IMG/VR virus record: IMGVR_UViG_3300036770_007547
Span: 62,001-126,000 of that record
Direction: 5' to 3' (one strand)
DNA: 64,000 nt
Shown here: piece by piece, positions 9,395 through 18,297 of the stretch
Numbering within the stretch: the first letter of the stretch is position 1
Layout of the letters: every line of letters begins with the position of its first letter
Made by a program: the position numbers and the translations under genes
Notes under the pieces: model-generated
Databases searched by the model: none
What the model was told of the DNA's origin: nothing
The model's input: only the letters and a program-made list of their open reading frames with translations

Positions 9395-10646
9395 TTTTTG
9401 CCTCGTCGAGATAGGTAGTAAATTGTTCGAGCCATGGAAAAAGTTCTCTCCAATTGGTGCCACGACGTCGGTCTTTCTCGTCGAGGTACACCAATAGATT
9501 CCGTATCTGTTCAGGCACCGGTCCGGTGCTCCGACTCTTTAGGTATATACCATGCATGTTGGCCCAGGCCAAACGATTTTCATCAGTGTCTTGTGGCATG
9601 AGTCCTAGTATTTCTTGCCAGCGATCTTCAAACACATCACCGCCCAAGATGTTGATCTTGAGATACTCGGGATTGGGGCTGGCATCTGAAAACCAGTGCC
9701 CGATGTGCCGTTGTTTCCGCCATTCTGCCAATCGTCGCAGCAACTCGGGCATAGAGGGCAGTGTGAGTGGGGTGATGGTCTGGCTGATGTGCAATTTCAA
9801 CCACGGTTGTTGGCACAGATATTCAAAATTTTCTTGCCATTGTTTGAGATCTATGCCCCATCGCACATATTCTTGTTCAGGCCCCCAACAGTCGATGCTG
9901 GCGCTGACATCGATACGGCGAAGACGCTCGTTCAGGATCAACTGCTTCCATTGTTCCACATAGGATTCCAATCGAGATCTGGGTATCATGAGATTGGTGA
10001 CCACATTGAGATCGCAGTCAGGATTGGGCTGTTGCCAGATACGATCCAGCAGCTCCTGGAACTCGCGCATCAACAACGGTTCCCCGCCCAAGACATGCAG
10101 CCTGCGCAGTTTGGGAAAGCCGGTTTCAAACCATTTCCAGAACGACGGTGCTAAATCCCGATACTGATTTTGATGCGGTTCCAGTCGTACTCCCAGTTTC
10201 TGGAACGCACCGTGTTTGATGTTTTCTTGATTGATGCTGCTGCTGAGCCTGGGACTGCAATACAAGCATGCGAGGTTACAGGTGTTGCTGAACAACACAT
10301 CTATCACTGTGGGGTCGACTTGGGTGGCAGTGGCATCAGCATCCAGCTCGGGTGGACTGATCCTAGGCATGTCTAGATGCCGCATGCGATCACTGACTCC
10401 ACCTTCTTGCTCGATGCCACGACAATATCCACAATTGGTGTCAGGCCAGTCACCACGTAACATGGCCTCACGATCGGTTATTTTCGATTCAGTGTTGTGG
10501 AATTGGTCAAAGTTTTCGGGAGTGATCGTTGACAACGAAGTACGCCAGCAACTGGCTGTGGTGCCCGAATTGAGGTACAGGGTGCTCCAGGCCCATTTGA
10601 GCTGGCAGGCTGTGGCAGTGCGTATCGGGAAAACACGATCTGGCAC
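9384..10646 (-). CDS. Radical SAM protein with an N-terminal Twitch/SPASM-like Cys cluster
   Basis: CNLACLYC (CxxxCxxC), GGEPLL, SIDCWG..EYVRWG; N-terminal C..KW...SC...CGYC. Confidence 0.85.
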   Translation of the reverse strand: MPDRVFPIRTATACQLKWAWSTLYLNSGTTASCWRTSLSTITPENFDQFHNTESKITDREAMLRGDWPDTNCGYCRGIEQEGGVSDRMRHLDMPRISPPELDADATATQVDPTVIDVLFSNTCNLACLYCSPRLSSSINQENIKHGAFQKLGVRLEPHQNQYRDLAPSFWKWFETGFPKLRRLHVLGGEPLLMREFQELLDRIWQQPNPDCDLNVVTNLMIPRSRLESYVEQWKQLILNERLRRIDVSASIDCWGPEQEYVRWGIDLKQWQENFEYLCQQPWLKLHISQTITPLTLPSMPELLRRLAEWRKQRHIGHWFSDASPNPEYLKINILGGDVFEDRWQEILGLMPQDTDENRLAWANMHGIYLKSRSTGPVPEQIRNLLVYLDEKDRRRGTNWRELFPWLEQFTTYLDEAKNVA

Positions 10647-10892
10647 TCAATCTTCCTCGTAATCCTCTTCGTCATAGTCGTAGTCATCGCCATCATCACC
10701 GCCATCATCACCAAATTGATCGAGACTGCGTTTGATGTCGGTGTCGCCACGGAAAGCATCACGAATCTCTTGGCTTGACACATCGTTGTCGATCAGAATA
10801 TTCACCAACGAATCGGCTGCTTCAGTGCGATCAGTGACGATGATAAATCTCTTGAGCTCTTCCCAAGCATCTGCTACTAGATTCAAAGACAT
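10647..10892 (-). CDS. Small acidic hypothetical protein downstream of uvsX
   Basis: 81-aa ORF with SD (GGAG) and a D/E-rich tail; tiles between neighbours. Confidence 0.7.
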   Translation of the reverse strand: MSLNLVADAWEELKRFIIVTDRTEAADSLVNILIDNDVSSQEIRDAFRGDTDIKRSLDQFGDDGGDDGDDYDYDEEDYEED

Positions 10893-10901
10893 TTTTGCTC
10901 C

Positions 10902-11957
10902 TTATTGTTGTTCAGTTTCTTCTTCTTTGTTGGTGGTGGCCGGTTCCTGGAAATCGCGCATGACTTTGTCCAAACAGCCATCCTCGTTGGATTCCCATCC
11001 TTTGCGAAAGTATTTGATGATCTCACCATCTGAGGTCACAAACATCAGCTTGTTGCCATCCTTTTTCAACATGCCTTTCTTTTCAGCAAGATCCACCAAG
11101 CCTGAATAGGGATTCATGCCGGTCTCGTAAGGGATCTTGACCTGCACGCCTTCAAATGGTTTGGCATAGCGTGTTTTCATGACCTTACAAGCCGATCTGA
11201 TGCCCATGACATCGGAGATCTTGTTGCCATCTTCGTCCTCTTTGAGCTTGAGCTTGCGCATGGCTACCACGATGCTTGATGCATAGATAAAGCCCTGGCC
11301 GCCCGAGATCTTGTCATCGGGGTCGAACATGTCTTGGCTGGCATAGGTATGGTTGGTACAAACCATGCCTACTCCATATGCGCCAAACATATTTACACAA
11401 TTTCGCACCAAAGCTGTGAGGCTCTTGGCCTTGCGACCCAGATCACCCTTCATGTCACCGCTCTCAAATTGGTTCACGTCCGTGGGTGTCAGCAACATGC
11501 CCAAGCTGTCGATCACAAACAACACCTTGGGTCGATCTTCTGCGGCCAGGGACTTGTAGTCGCTCATGAACGTGGAGATGGTCTTGGCTACATCATCCAC
11601 CATGGCCATGCTGAGTTTGAGCAGCTTGCCTTCGTCGGTGCTCACTCCTAGAGCATGCAACCATGCTTCGTCGAGAGCATTTTCTGTGTCCACCAACACC
11701 ACGAAGATGCCCTGTTCCTGAGCATTCTTGATGATGTTTCCGCTGCAGATATAGCTCTTGCCTGCACCCGACTCGCCGGCGAACACAGTGACCTTGCCCA
11801 GTGGGATGCCACGATTGAAGTCACCCGAGATCAGGTAGTTGAGTGCGTAGTTGCCGGTGCTGATCCAGTCAGTGGGATCATTGAAGCCGATGCTGAGACC
11901 ATCAATACTTTTGGTGATCTCTTTGCGGAATTTGCTTACATCAAACGGTTTAGCCAT
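10902..11957 (-). CDS. uvsX: RecA-like recombinase UvsX
   Basis: Walker A GESGAGKS, DTENALD, VIDSLG, NHTY, SGGQGFIYASS. Confidence 0.95.
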   Translation of the reverse strand: MAKPFDVSKFRKEITKSIDGLSIGFNDPTDWISTGNYALNYLISGDFNRGIPLGKVTVFAGESGAGKSYICSGNIIKNAQEQGIFVVLVDTENALDEAWLHALGVSTDEGKLLKLSMAMVDDVAKTISTFMSDYKSLAAEDRPKVLFVIDSLGMLLTPTDVNQFESGDMKGDLGRKAKSLTALVRNCVNMFGAYGVGMVCTNHTYASQDMFDPDDKISGGQGFIYASSIVVAMRKLKLKEDEDGNKISDVMGIRSACKVMKTRYAKPFEGVQVKIPYETGMNPYSGLVDLAEKKGMLKKDGNKLMFVTSDGEIIKYFRKGWESNEDGCLDKVMRDFQEPATTNKEEETEQQ

Positions 11958-11999
11958 GATTTGCCTCTTTCTCTAAATTTTAACCACATCAATGATGTT

Positions 12000-12028
12000 A
12001 GTATACTGCATTTATTCCCAGCTGTCAA
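12000..12028 (-). promoter_or_regulatory. Sigma70-type early/middle promoter for uvsX
   Basis: TTGACA-17 nt-TATACT on the minus strand. Confidence 0.85.
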
Positions 12029-13211
12029 TGCCCAACGGATATCTAGGTCGATAGCCAAAAACTTCACAGCATTCGCGCTGTATGTGATCGGGCAAGCTCG
12101 AAAATTCTTGTTCGTTGTCGCAATCTGGCCAACTGGCATCTCGGACGCGATAGTAAAATTCCCACCATTTTTTGCGCCTGAGATACAAGGGTACCAATCT
12201 TTTGGCCGGAGTCGATGTGTCCAATTCGCTGTGTACCTGTTGTATCACTTGCCAATCTCGTTGCATCCAATACTGCAATCTCTGATAGTTGTATTCCACA
12301 TCCTCCCGGACGCGATCGGCTATCACATGCATGTTCTCCAACAACCAAGCTGTGCATTGTACCACAGCATCCAGGCGCTGTTCTAGGTCAGGAATCATGT
12401 CATAGGTCTGTCGGGGCAGATATTCCTCGAAGGTGCGGAATCCGCGTCTTCGCAGATAATCCAGGATTCCGGGACTGCTACCTATCACCAAAAATGGTTG
12501 GCGATTGGCCATGGTCTGCCAGGTTTTCTCTGTCACGATGCCGCGTGTGGATTCATTGGTCTCGCACACGATCCTAAAGGATGTGTCTCGGTACAACCGC
12601 CAATCGAACCAATCACCGTCGCGATGCAGATTCAGCTCAGAATCAAGATCAGCAAAAGCACCATCGGGATCGCGCACATGATTGGCCACGAATTTCTTGT
12701 ATTCGCGATCTGTGAGTTCGGGAATAAACTCACGGGCCTGGGCCAGCTGATCCGGATAACCGGGCAAGCTCCATGTGGCACGATCCAACAACGATGCCTG
12801 TTGCAATTTCCACAACAGTCTCATGCGACTGGCATGGTTGGCTTTGCCCAACAACACCAAGAAACGTCCGGTATGGGCGTTCCAGCTGGGATTGAACTTG
12901 ACCATTCGCCATTCTTCGAGATGCAGGCGCAAAATGTGTAGATCAAAATCCACATAACGTACCTGTTTTCCCAGCAGATGCTTGAGCTCGGCATGGTAAT
13001 CAAACCCGTCCTGCAACAGCCAGATCGCTGAACGATCCGTGTCATACACTTTTACCATGTTCACGATCTCGACCAATGCATGTGGTGTCAGGTACTCGAG
13101 GCTCCAGAGAAGACCGCGACGATTTCTTGGTTTGAGCCGGTACCACTCTTGTATCTTCAACGGATGCGTGCCCAACAAGTGCATCTGATAGGGATAGTAT
13201 GCATCACTCAT
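12012..13211 (-). CDS. Hypothetical protein with a GT10 (fucosyltransferase)-like 'E...TEK' domain
   Basis: TSFRIVCET...IVTEKTWQTMANRQPFLVIG...GFRTF...YD; C-terminal W..FY..VRD.SWPDC module. Confidence 0.5.
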   Translation of the reverse strand: MSDAYYPYQMHLLGTHPLKIQEWYRLKPRNRRGLLWSLEYLTPHALVEIVNMVKVYDTDRSAIWLLQDGFDYHAELKHLLGKQVRYVDFDLHILRLHLEEWRMVKFNPSWNAHTGRFLVLLGKANHASRMRLLWKLQQASLLDRATWSLPGYPDQLAQAREFIPELTDREYKKFVANHVRDPDGAFADLDSELNLHRDGDWFDWRLYRDTSFRIVCETNESTRGIVTEKTWQTMANRQPFLVIGSSPGILDYLRRRGFRTFEEYLPRQTYDMIPDLEQRLDAVVQCTAWLLENMHVIADRVREDVEYNYQRLQYWMQRDWQVIQQVHSELDTSTPAKRLVPLYLRRKKWWEFYYRVRDASWPDCDNEQEFSSLPDHIQRECCEVFGYRPRYPLGIDSWE

Positions 13212-14181
13212 GGTACTGATACCTCAAAGTCATGTGATGTTCGAGGTCCCCGCTGTAAAACCAGTCATAGTTGTGTTCGATGTTGTCAAGCTCGATTTGA
13301 TAGAGATCTCTCCAGTCCGCGGAATCCAAGTTGGAAAATCTAGACAGCATGTCCAACAGCAAAACCAGGCGCTTGACTGGATTGGGCTCGAGATCGAAAC
13401 TGTAGTCAAAAACTCCGCGATAGAGCCGGAATCCCCAATAGCGTTCGAGATAATGATGCCAACCGGGTTGAGCATAGGCCACAAACAATCCACGAGTGGA
13501 GATGCTGTGGAGGAATTTTTCAGTGATGAATGGCTCGTGCGTGGTAGACATGCTCTCGCTGACCACATGCACGAAACTGGTGGTCAAGGCCGATTCCAAC
13601 ACTTGTGCATTGTGCTCATGGCGTCCGCGATCATAGTTCATGGAATTCTGGACTGAAAAAAACTCGGGACTGTTTTTCCCAATGAAAAATTTGCGCCAGT
13701 ATCGATCATCGCTGCCAGTGAAATCTTGTATGTGCCCGTCCACGATGGCAGAGTCAAATGCGAAATTTTTGGTCACTCTCAAGGCATCGTACCAGCCGCG
13801 TCGATGCAAGGCTGCGGTGAGCAACCGACGTCCCACGTGCGGACTACCATTGAAACTGCAAAGAAAAGCCTGGAACTTGTGATCTGGATGCACGCGATAA
13901 CTCAACATGCGTTGCCAGAGGTATTCACGTATGATGTTTACCGGATAAGAAAGGCTGATGTGTGGATAGTTGCACTGTATGTGCGGCAAGGGAAGATATG
14001 GTGTAGACACACAGAGCGTGCGTCCCCGGCGCTGTGCTTCGCCTTCGATGCGATCTAATATGAGATTTCTTCCTCGATGATCGATGCCATCGAGATGATC
14101 GCCCAGCAAAAAGACATCCGGCAGTTGGGCTAGATCTGCCGGAGTCTTGGTTTCATTCCAGGGAGGTTGTATGCAAAGCAT
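13204..14181 (-). CDS. Hypothetical protein with a GT10-like 'E...TEK' domain (paralog of 12012..13211)
   Basis: TSFVHVVSES...FITEKFLHSI...GF..Y..VFDYSFD. Confidence 0.5.
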   Translation of the reverse strand: MLCIQPPWNETKTPADLAQLPDVFLLGDHLDGIDHRGRNLILDRIEGEAQRRGRTLCVSTPYLPLPHIQCNYPHISLSYPVNIIREYLWQRMLSYRVHPDHKFQAFLCSFNGSPHVGRRLLTAALHRRGWYDALRVTKNFAFDSAIVDGHIQDFTGSDDRYWRKFFIGKNSPEFFSVQNSMNYDRGRHEHNAQVLESALTTSFVHVVSESMSTTHEPFITEKFLHSISTRGLFVAYAQPGWHHYLERYWGFRLYRGVFDYSFDLEPNPVKRLVLLLDMLSRFSNLDSADWRDLYQIELDNIEHNYDWFYSGDLEHHMTLRYQYHE

Positions 14182-15554
14182 CAGGCAAGTTTGGGAACAC
14201 TCCGACGATCTAGAATGATGCCCAGGGCCGGCAGTGCTATCATGATGGCACTAAACATCCAACGCTCCAATGGCAGCGCATTGAAGTGTCCAAGCACTCC
14301 CACGACTATGGCGGCCAACACACCCCAAAGCATGAATCGTACTTGTGCCTGATGACGACTGAACACTCCATACAACACCGGCGCGATGGTCAGCAATCGT
14401 GCTGTACCAAACGTGATAAAAATGATCCAGATGTCGATCTTGAACAGAGCGATCACCGTGGTCACTAGAGCGATAAACACCATGGCGATGCGGCTCACCT
14501 TCACAGCATCACGGTCCGGCATGAAGTCGTTGCTGATGATGCTACCAAAACTGTTGTAGGCTGTGTCAATGGTAGATGCCGAGGCTGCCAGGAATGCCAG
14601 GGTGATCAAGACCAGCCCCCATTGCCCGAGCAAGAACTCACTGACCATGGTACCAGCCAGCTTGGGATCTTTGACTTCGAGTCCAAGCGGAACTGCCGAG
14701 CCTGCCATGATGCCAAATCCGATCAGGATCACTAGATAGATGGGGATGCTCAACAAAAAAGCCCGACGTATCTTGGAAACATCATTGGCGGCAAAGATCC
14801 TTTGGTAAAATCCGTTGTCGTTGAGCGAACTGCCTACCAAGATAAAAATGGTCATGATGCCGATGTTGGTCACTGTGGCTGGGTCCCACAGACTCACATT
14901 GGTCTTGGTCTGCACTGCGTCCCACACTGTGCCAAACCCACCGGCTGCTGCCACGGCAGCACCGCCGAGCCCCACTGCGATCAACAGCATCACACCAGTC
15001 TGCAACATGTCGGTCCTGATACTGCTTTTGAGTCCGCCCCACAGCGAGTACAACAACACGATGGCGGCCACACCAATCACCACCGCTTCGTAGGTGATCG
15101 AACTCTTGCCCACGTAAGTGGCGATACCACCAAATGCTGTGAGATTGGCTACCACGGCATTGAGAACACCAAACAACATCACGGCCTGGAATATACGGGT
15201 GAGAGTGGTGCTGCCATAACGCTCTTGTATGAATCCACTCAGCGTGAACTGTCGATTGTTTTGAGCCAGGAGACTGCTTGACACAGCACTCATCATCAAC
15301 AACACTATCACCGTGGGCAAAATGAACCAGAAGAATCCAGCGAAACCTTTGGTAAACACAAAGGCGCTGACCATGACAAACGCGAACAAGTGTATCCAAG
15401 ATGCCACGATGCTGCTGCTGAGTTCGGTGACACCCACGTCGCGGTTGCTGAGTAAGTAGCCCACTTTGCTGTCTCGAAACTGGCTGCCGATGTTCCAGGA
15501 ACTCAACAGCATGAGTCCAGCAAACAAGGCCAGTGCTATCAGGAATGCATCCAT
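14181..15554 (-). CDS. Sodium:solute symporter (SSS, PutP/DUR3-like) family transporter
   Basis: About 13 hydrophobic segments; SIVASW, YSLWGGLKSSIRTDMLQ, YQRIFAA, AASASTID. Confidence 0.9.
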   Translation of the reverse strand: MDAFLIALALFAGLMLLSSWNIGSQFRDSKVGYLLSNRDVGVTELSSSIVASWIHLFAFVMVSAFVFTKGFAGFFWFILPTVIVLLMMSAVSSSLLAQNNRQFTLSGFIQERYGSTTLTRIFQAVMLFGVLNAVVANLTAFGGIATYVGKSSITYEAVVIGVAAIVLLYSLWGGLKSSIRTDMLQTGVMLLIAVGLGGAAVAAAGGFGTVWDAVQTKTNVSLWDPATVTNIGIMTIFILVGSSLNDNGFYQRIFAANDVSKIRRAFLLSIPIYLVILIGFGIMAGSAVPLGLEVKDPKLAGTMVSEFLLGQWGLVLITLAFLAASASTIDTAYNSFGSIISNDFMPDRDAVKVSRIAMVFIALVTTVIALFKIDIWIIFITFGTARLLTIAPVLYGVFSRHQAQVRFMLWGVLAAIVVGVLGHFNALPLERWMFSAIMIALPALGIILDRRSVPKLA

Positions 15555-15578
15555 TTGTAACTCCTATGTTATATCACT

Positions 15579-16556
15579 TCATTTAGCCGCGATGCGTGGC
15601 TTGGCCCGAAATTCATCCACAGTGGCCAGATAACTACCACACTCACAGCGACCTTTGTAGCTGTAAGAGATATAGTCACCGAGATCGTTGTTGAATATGG
15701 GCAACGTCCAGATATTGGTGAAAAACGAGCGACCATCACGATAAGTCATGTGCGTGAAATCTTCGTTGAAATGCTGGTGTCCGTGGCGGCAGGTCCACAT
15801 GATCTGCCCGATTTCACTGCTGCCATATATGTCATAGATATCGTCCACGCCAAACGCATCCATGAGTCGTTGTTTGTCGGTGATATGACCACCGGTGCTG
15901 ATGATGGCACGGGGTTGTCTTGTAAAGTATTTGCGTGGTTCCATGTCGGCCAATCGATGCAGTTTGCTGGGCGTGCTCATGAACACTGTGACACCGTGAT
16001 CGCGTATGCGCTCTAGTTTGCGTTTCAAACTGGAACTGCGCTCGATGATGACTCGGGCACCGATCACCAGTTGTGCTGCTTCCTCCATGACACGGAATCC
16101 GGCTTGCATGGTTCCCAGGGCCGTGGTCAAAAACACATCATCGTGATCCATGCCCAAGGCCAGCATACCACGTGCTGTGCAGGCCAGGGTTTTCCACCAA
16201 TCGTCTTGGCGATAAGGGAACAATTTGACCGGACCAGTGCTGCCGCTAGAGGTCACTAGATATTCACCAGACTCTAACACTCCGTATGGAGGATCCGACA
16301 ATTGATTGTTGAGCCAGCGATCGGTGGTGGTTTCGGGAACCACACCCAGGTGTTCTGGACTCGTGACCGTGTGATCTCCAAACCAGAAATCACGAGTCAC
16401 CGAGTCCAACTTGTCCAGCGTGTGCATCCAGTTTTGGTCGCGTCGTTGCAACACATGTTCTCGACTCACTAGATGCGCTTGTGAGTCCAACAAAAGTCTC
16501 TGTCGTACCAGCCTGGATAGATCAGAGTATGCGATGTTCGAGGCTGGTTCGATCAT
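15579..16556 (-). CDS. Phenylacetate-CoA ligase (PaaK/CapK)-like adenylate-forming enzyme, apparently lacking the C-terminal lid domain
   Basis: TSSGSTGP P-loop, STPS, YDIYGSSEIG, GRCECGS. Start set at MIEP (16556), which has a GGAGG SD. Confidence 0.75.
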   Translation of the reverse strand: MIEPASNIAYSDLSRLVRQRLLLDSQAHLVSREHVLQRRDQNWMHTLDKLDSVTRDFWFGDHTVTSPEHLGVVPETTTDRWLNNQLSDPPYGVLESGEYLVTSSGSTGPVKLFPYRQDDWWKTLACTARGMLALGMDHDDVFLTTALGTMQAGFRVMEEAAQLVIGARVIIERSSSLKRKLERIRDHGVTVFMSTPSKLHRLADMEPRKYFTRQPRAIISTGGHITDKQRLMDAFGVDDIYDIYGSSEIGQIMWTCRHGHQHFNEDFTHMTYRDGRSFFTNIWTLPIFNNDLGDYISYSYKGRCECGSYLATVDEFRAKPRIAAK

Positions 16557-17163
16557 CGATCCTCCGTCGGCCATTGTAGGTACCAGACTCTGAGAGGCTG
16601 TCATATATGGTAGATCCTGATAAGATATTGGTGTAATTGGGTATGATGGTCGTTCCAGTGCGATTCATGATGGAACTGCGCAAACCTATCACTGTGCCTT
16701 GACCGATGCGCGTGTTATTTAAGAAACAATAGGCGCTGACATGGCAAAAGTTTTCCAAAGTCACATAGTGACCAAACTGTATGAATGATGACAGTATCAC
16801 ATGATCCCCGATGTCGATCACTCCACACAATAGATCCACCCAGGAACTCACCAACGTACCACGACCAATTTTCACATCGGGATTGATGGTGTGACTGGTG
16901 TCATGTATGAGACTGAACCAATCCACTCCCTGCGAATCTAGATATTCCACTGCGCTGATCTTGAGAGCGATGTCGCTTCCAAGCATGATGTATTGATATT
17001 GGCTCAGCCAATCTTTGTTTTGTTGCTGTAGTTGTTCCACAGTGTATGAAACGCACGGCCTTGTGGTAGACAACAGTTTCATCATGTGTCTACTCAGCAA
17101 AGCCGTGCCAACAAAGCACAATGGCTTCCCGGTATCATATAGAACCGTGATACCGGGTGTCAT
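16522..17163 (-). CDS. PglD/NeuD-like hexapeptide-repeat (left-handed beta-helix) acyltransferase
   Basis: SLIHD..., VKIGRGTLV, IGDHVIL, GHYVTL, IGQGTVIG. Confidence 0.8.
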   Translation of the reverse strand: MTPGITVLYDTGKPLCFVGTALLSRHMMKLLSTTRPCVSYTVEQLQQQNKDWLSQYQYIMLGSDIALKISAVEYLDSQGVDWFSLIHDTSHTINPDVKIGRGTLVSSWVDLLCGVIDIGDHVILSSFIQFGHYVTLENFCHVSAYCFLNNTRIGQGTVIGLRSSIMNRTGTTIIPNYTNILSGSTIYDSLSESGTYNGRRRIDDRTSLEHRIL

Positions 17164-17164
17164 G

Positions 17165-18154
17165 TCAGCCTTTGTTTTGTCTTGCTCGGATCATGGCCAG
17201 GATGTCCTCGGCTTTGGCATTGGAGGCCTTGGCCGGTTCCGACACCACAGGTGCTGTGGCCACCGGTGTGTCTTCGTCCTCGTCAAACGAGCTAGACACT
17301 GGGGCTGCCTTGGCTGGTGCTTGATGCACATCACCATGTCCATCCACCGAGGGCTTGGACGACGGAGCCGACATTCCAGCCGGACGGAAATACTGTCCCC
17401 AGCGTTCCATGTCAAAGGGCTGGCCGTCCACCGAAGCTTCGAACATCTCTTTCATGACCTTGAGCTCTACATCAGTGGGCTTCTTGGGCAAGAACTCGTT
17501 GAGATCAAACAAGCCGTATTTCTCAAGGGCTGCTTGCTCGTCTTCGGTGAGAGCGCTTTCTTTGCGGGCCCACTTGGATGTGGAATAGTCTGCGTAACCA
17601 CCTTTTGATGTCTTGGTGATACGGAAATCCAGACCACGCAAGAGATCGGTGGGCAGTTCTTCCAACTCGGGATCCATCAGTGCGGATTTGATTGTTTGGA
17701 AGATCTGGGGACCGATGATGAATCTGCGGATGGGATTTTCCGGAGTCTTGTCATCGCTGAGCGGATTTTCGCGAACAAAGCCCTGGAAAATGTAGCTACG
17801 CTTCTTCCAGTATTTGCGACCCATGTCTTCGAGGCTCTTGTCTTTGAACCAAGTGCGCACTTCGGCCAGGATCGGGCAGCTTTCGCCCCACATTTCCACA
17901 CAAGGTACTTGTACTTGTACCTGCTTGGAGTCCATTTCGCTTTTGACGCCGTTGAACGGCAGCTTGATCATGGCTCGCTCGACCCAGAAAAATGTGTTCT
18001 TTGAGTTGCCATCGGGCAGGAACCGAACCACTGCGCTTGCGCCTTCGTCGATGTTCCAATGGGGATAGATTGCATTGTCGCCGCCGGTGCTTTGACCGCC
18101 TTTGCCTGACTCTGCGGCTGCGAGTCGTGCGCGGATTTCTGCTAGAGATGCCAT
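17165..18154 (-). CDS. gp32: T4 gp32-like single-stranded DNA-binding protein
   Basis: MASLAEIRARL, VRFLPDGN, CVEMWGESCPI, YWKKRSY, GYADYSTSKW, acidic tail. Start at 18154 with AAGGA SD. Confidence 0.92.
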   Translation of the reverse strand: MASLAEIRARLAAAESGKGGQSTGGDNAIYPHWNIDEGASAVVRFLPDGNSKNTFFWVERAMIKLPFNGVKSEMDSKQVQVQVPCVEMWGESCPILAEVRTWFKDKSLEDMGRKYWKKRSYIFQGFVRENPLSDDKTPENPIRRFIIGPQIFQTIKSALMDPELEELPTDLLRGLDFRITKTSKGGYADYSTSKWARKESALTEDEQAALEKYGLFDLNEFLPKKPTDVELKVMKEMFEASVDGQPFDMERWGQYFRPAGMSAPSSKPSVDGHGDVHQAPAKAAPVSSSFDEDEDTPVATAPVVSEPAKASNAKAEDILAMIRARQNKG

Positions 18155-18170
18155 AATAGAAGTTTCCTTT

Positions 18171-18214
18171 CGTTTGCCTAAGTTTAGCCTAGTATGTGCC
18201 TTCAAACGCATACT
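18171..18214 (-). promoter_or_regulatory. Candidate pseudoknot in the gene 32 leader (translational operator)
   Basis: mRNA AGUAUG pairs with CAUACU and, interleaved, CGUUUG pairs with CAAACG just before the SD. Confidence 0.5.
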
Positions 18215-18220
18215 GCACTG

Positions 18221-18250
18221 AGTATAGCGTGCTTTTATTTAGTCCGTCAA
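18221..18250 (-). promoter_or_regulatory. Sigma70-type promoter for gene 32 with an embedded late core TAAATA (18236-18241)
   Basis: TTGACG-18 nt-TATACT; TAAATA lies inside the spacer. Confidence 0.75.
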
Positions 18251-18263
18251 GCACTTTCGTTGA

Positions 18264-18290
18264 AATTTGGGCGACCTGGCCGCCCAAATT
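18264..18290 (-). terminator. Stem-loop after the MFS gene (probable terminator)
   Basis: Perfect 10-bp inverted repeat aatttgggcg/cgcccaaatt with a 7-nt loop; weak U tract. Confidence 0.6.
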
Positions 18291-18297
18291 CCCGGTA

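Noticed and set aside
11986-11998. Palindrome acatcaatgatgt at the uvsX transcription start as a repressor operator
   Set aside because: Only 6-bp arms and I found no second copy; it could easily be chance.
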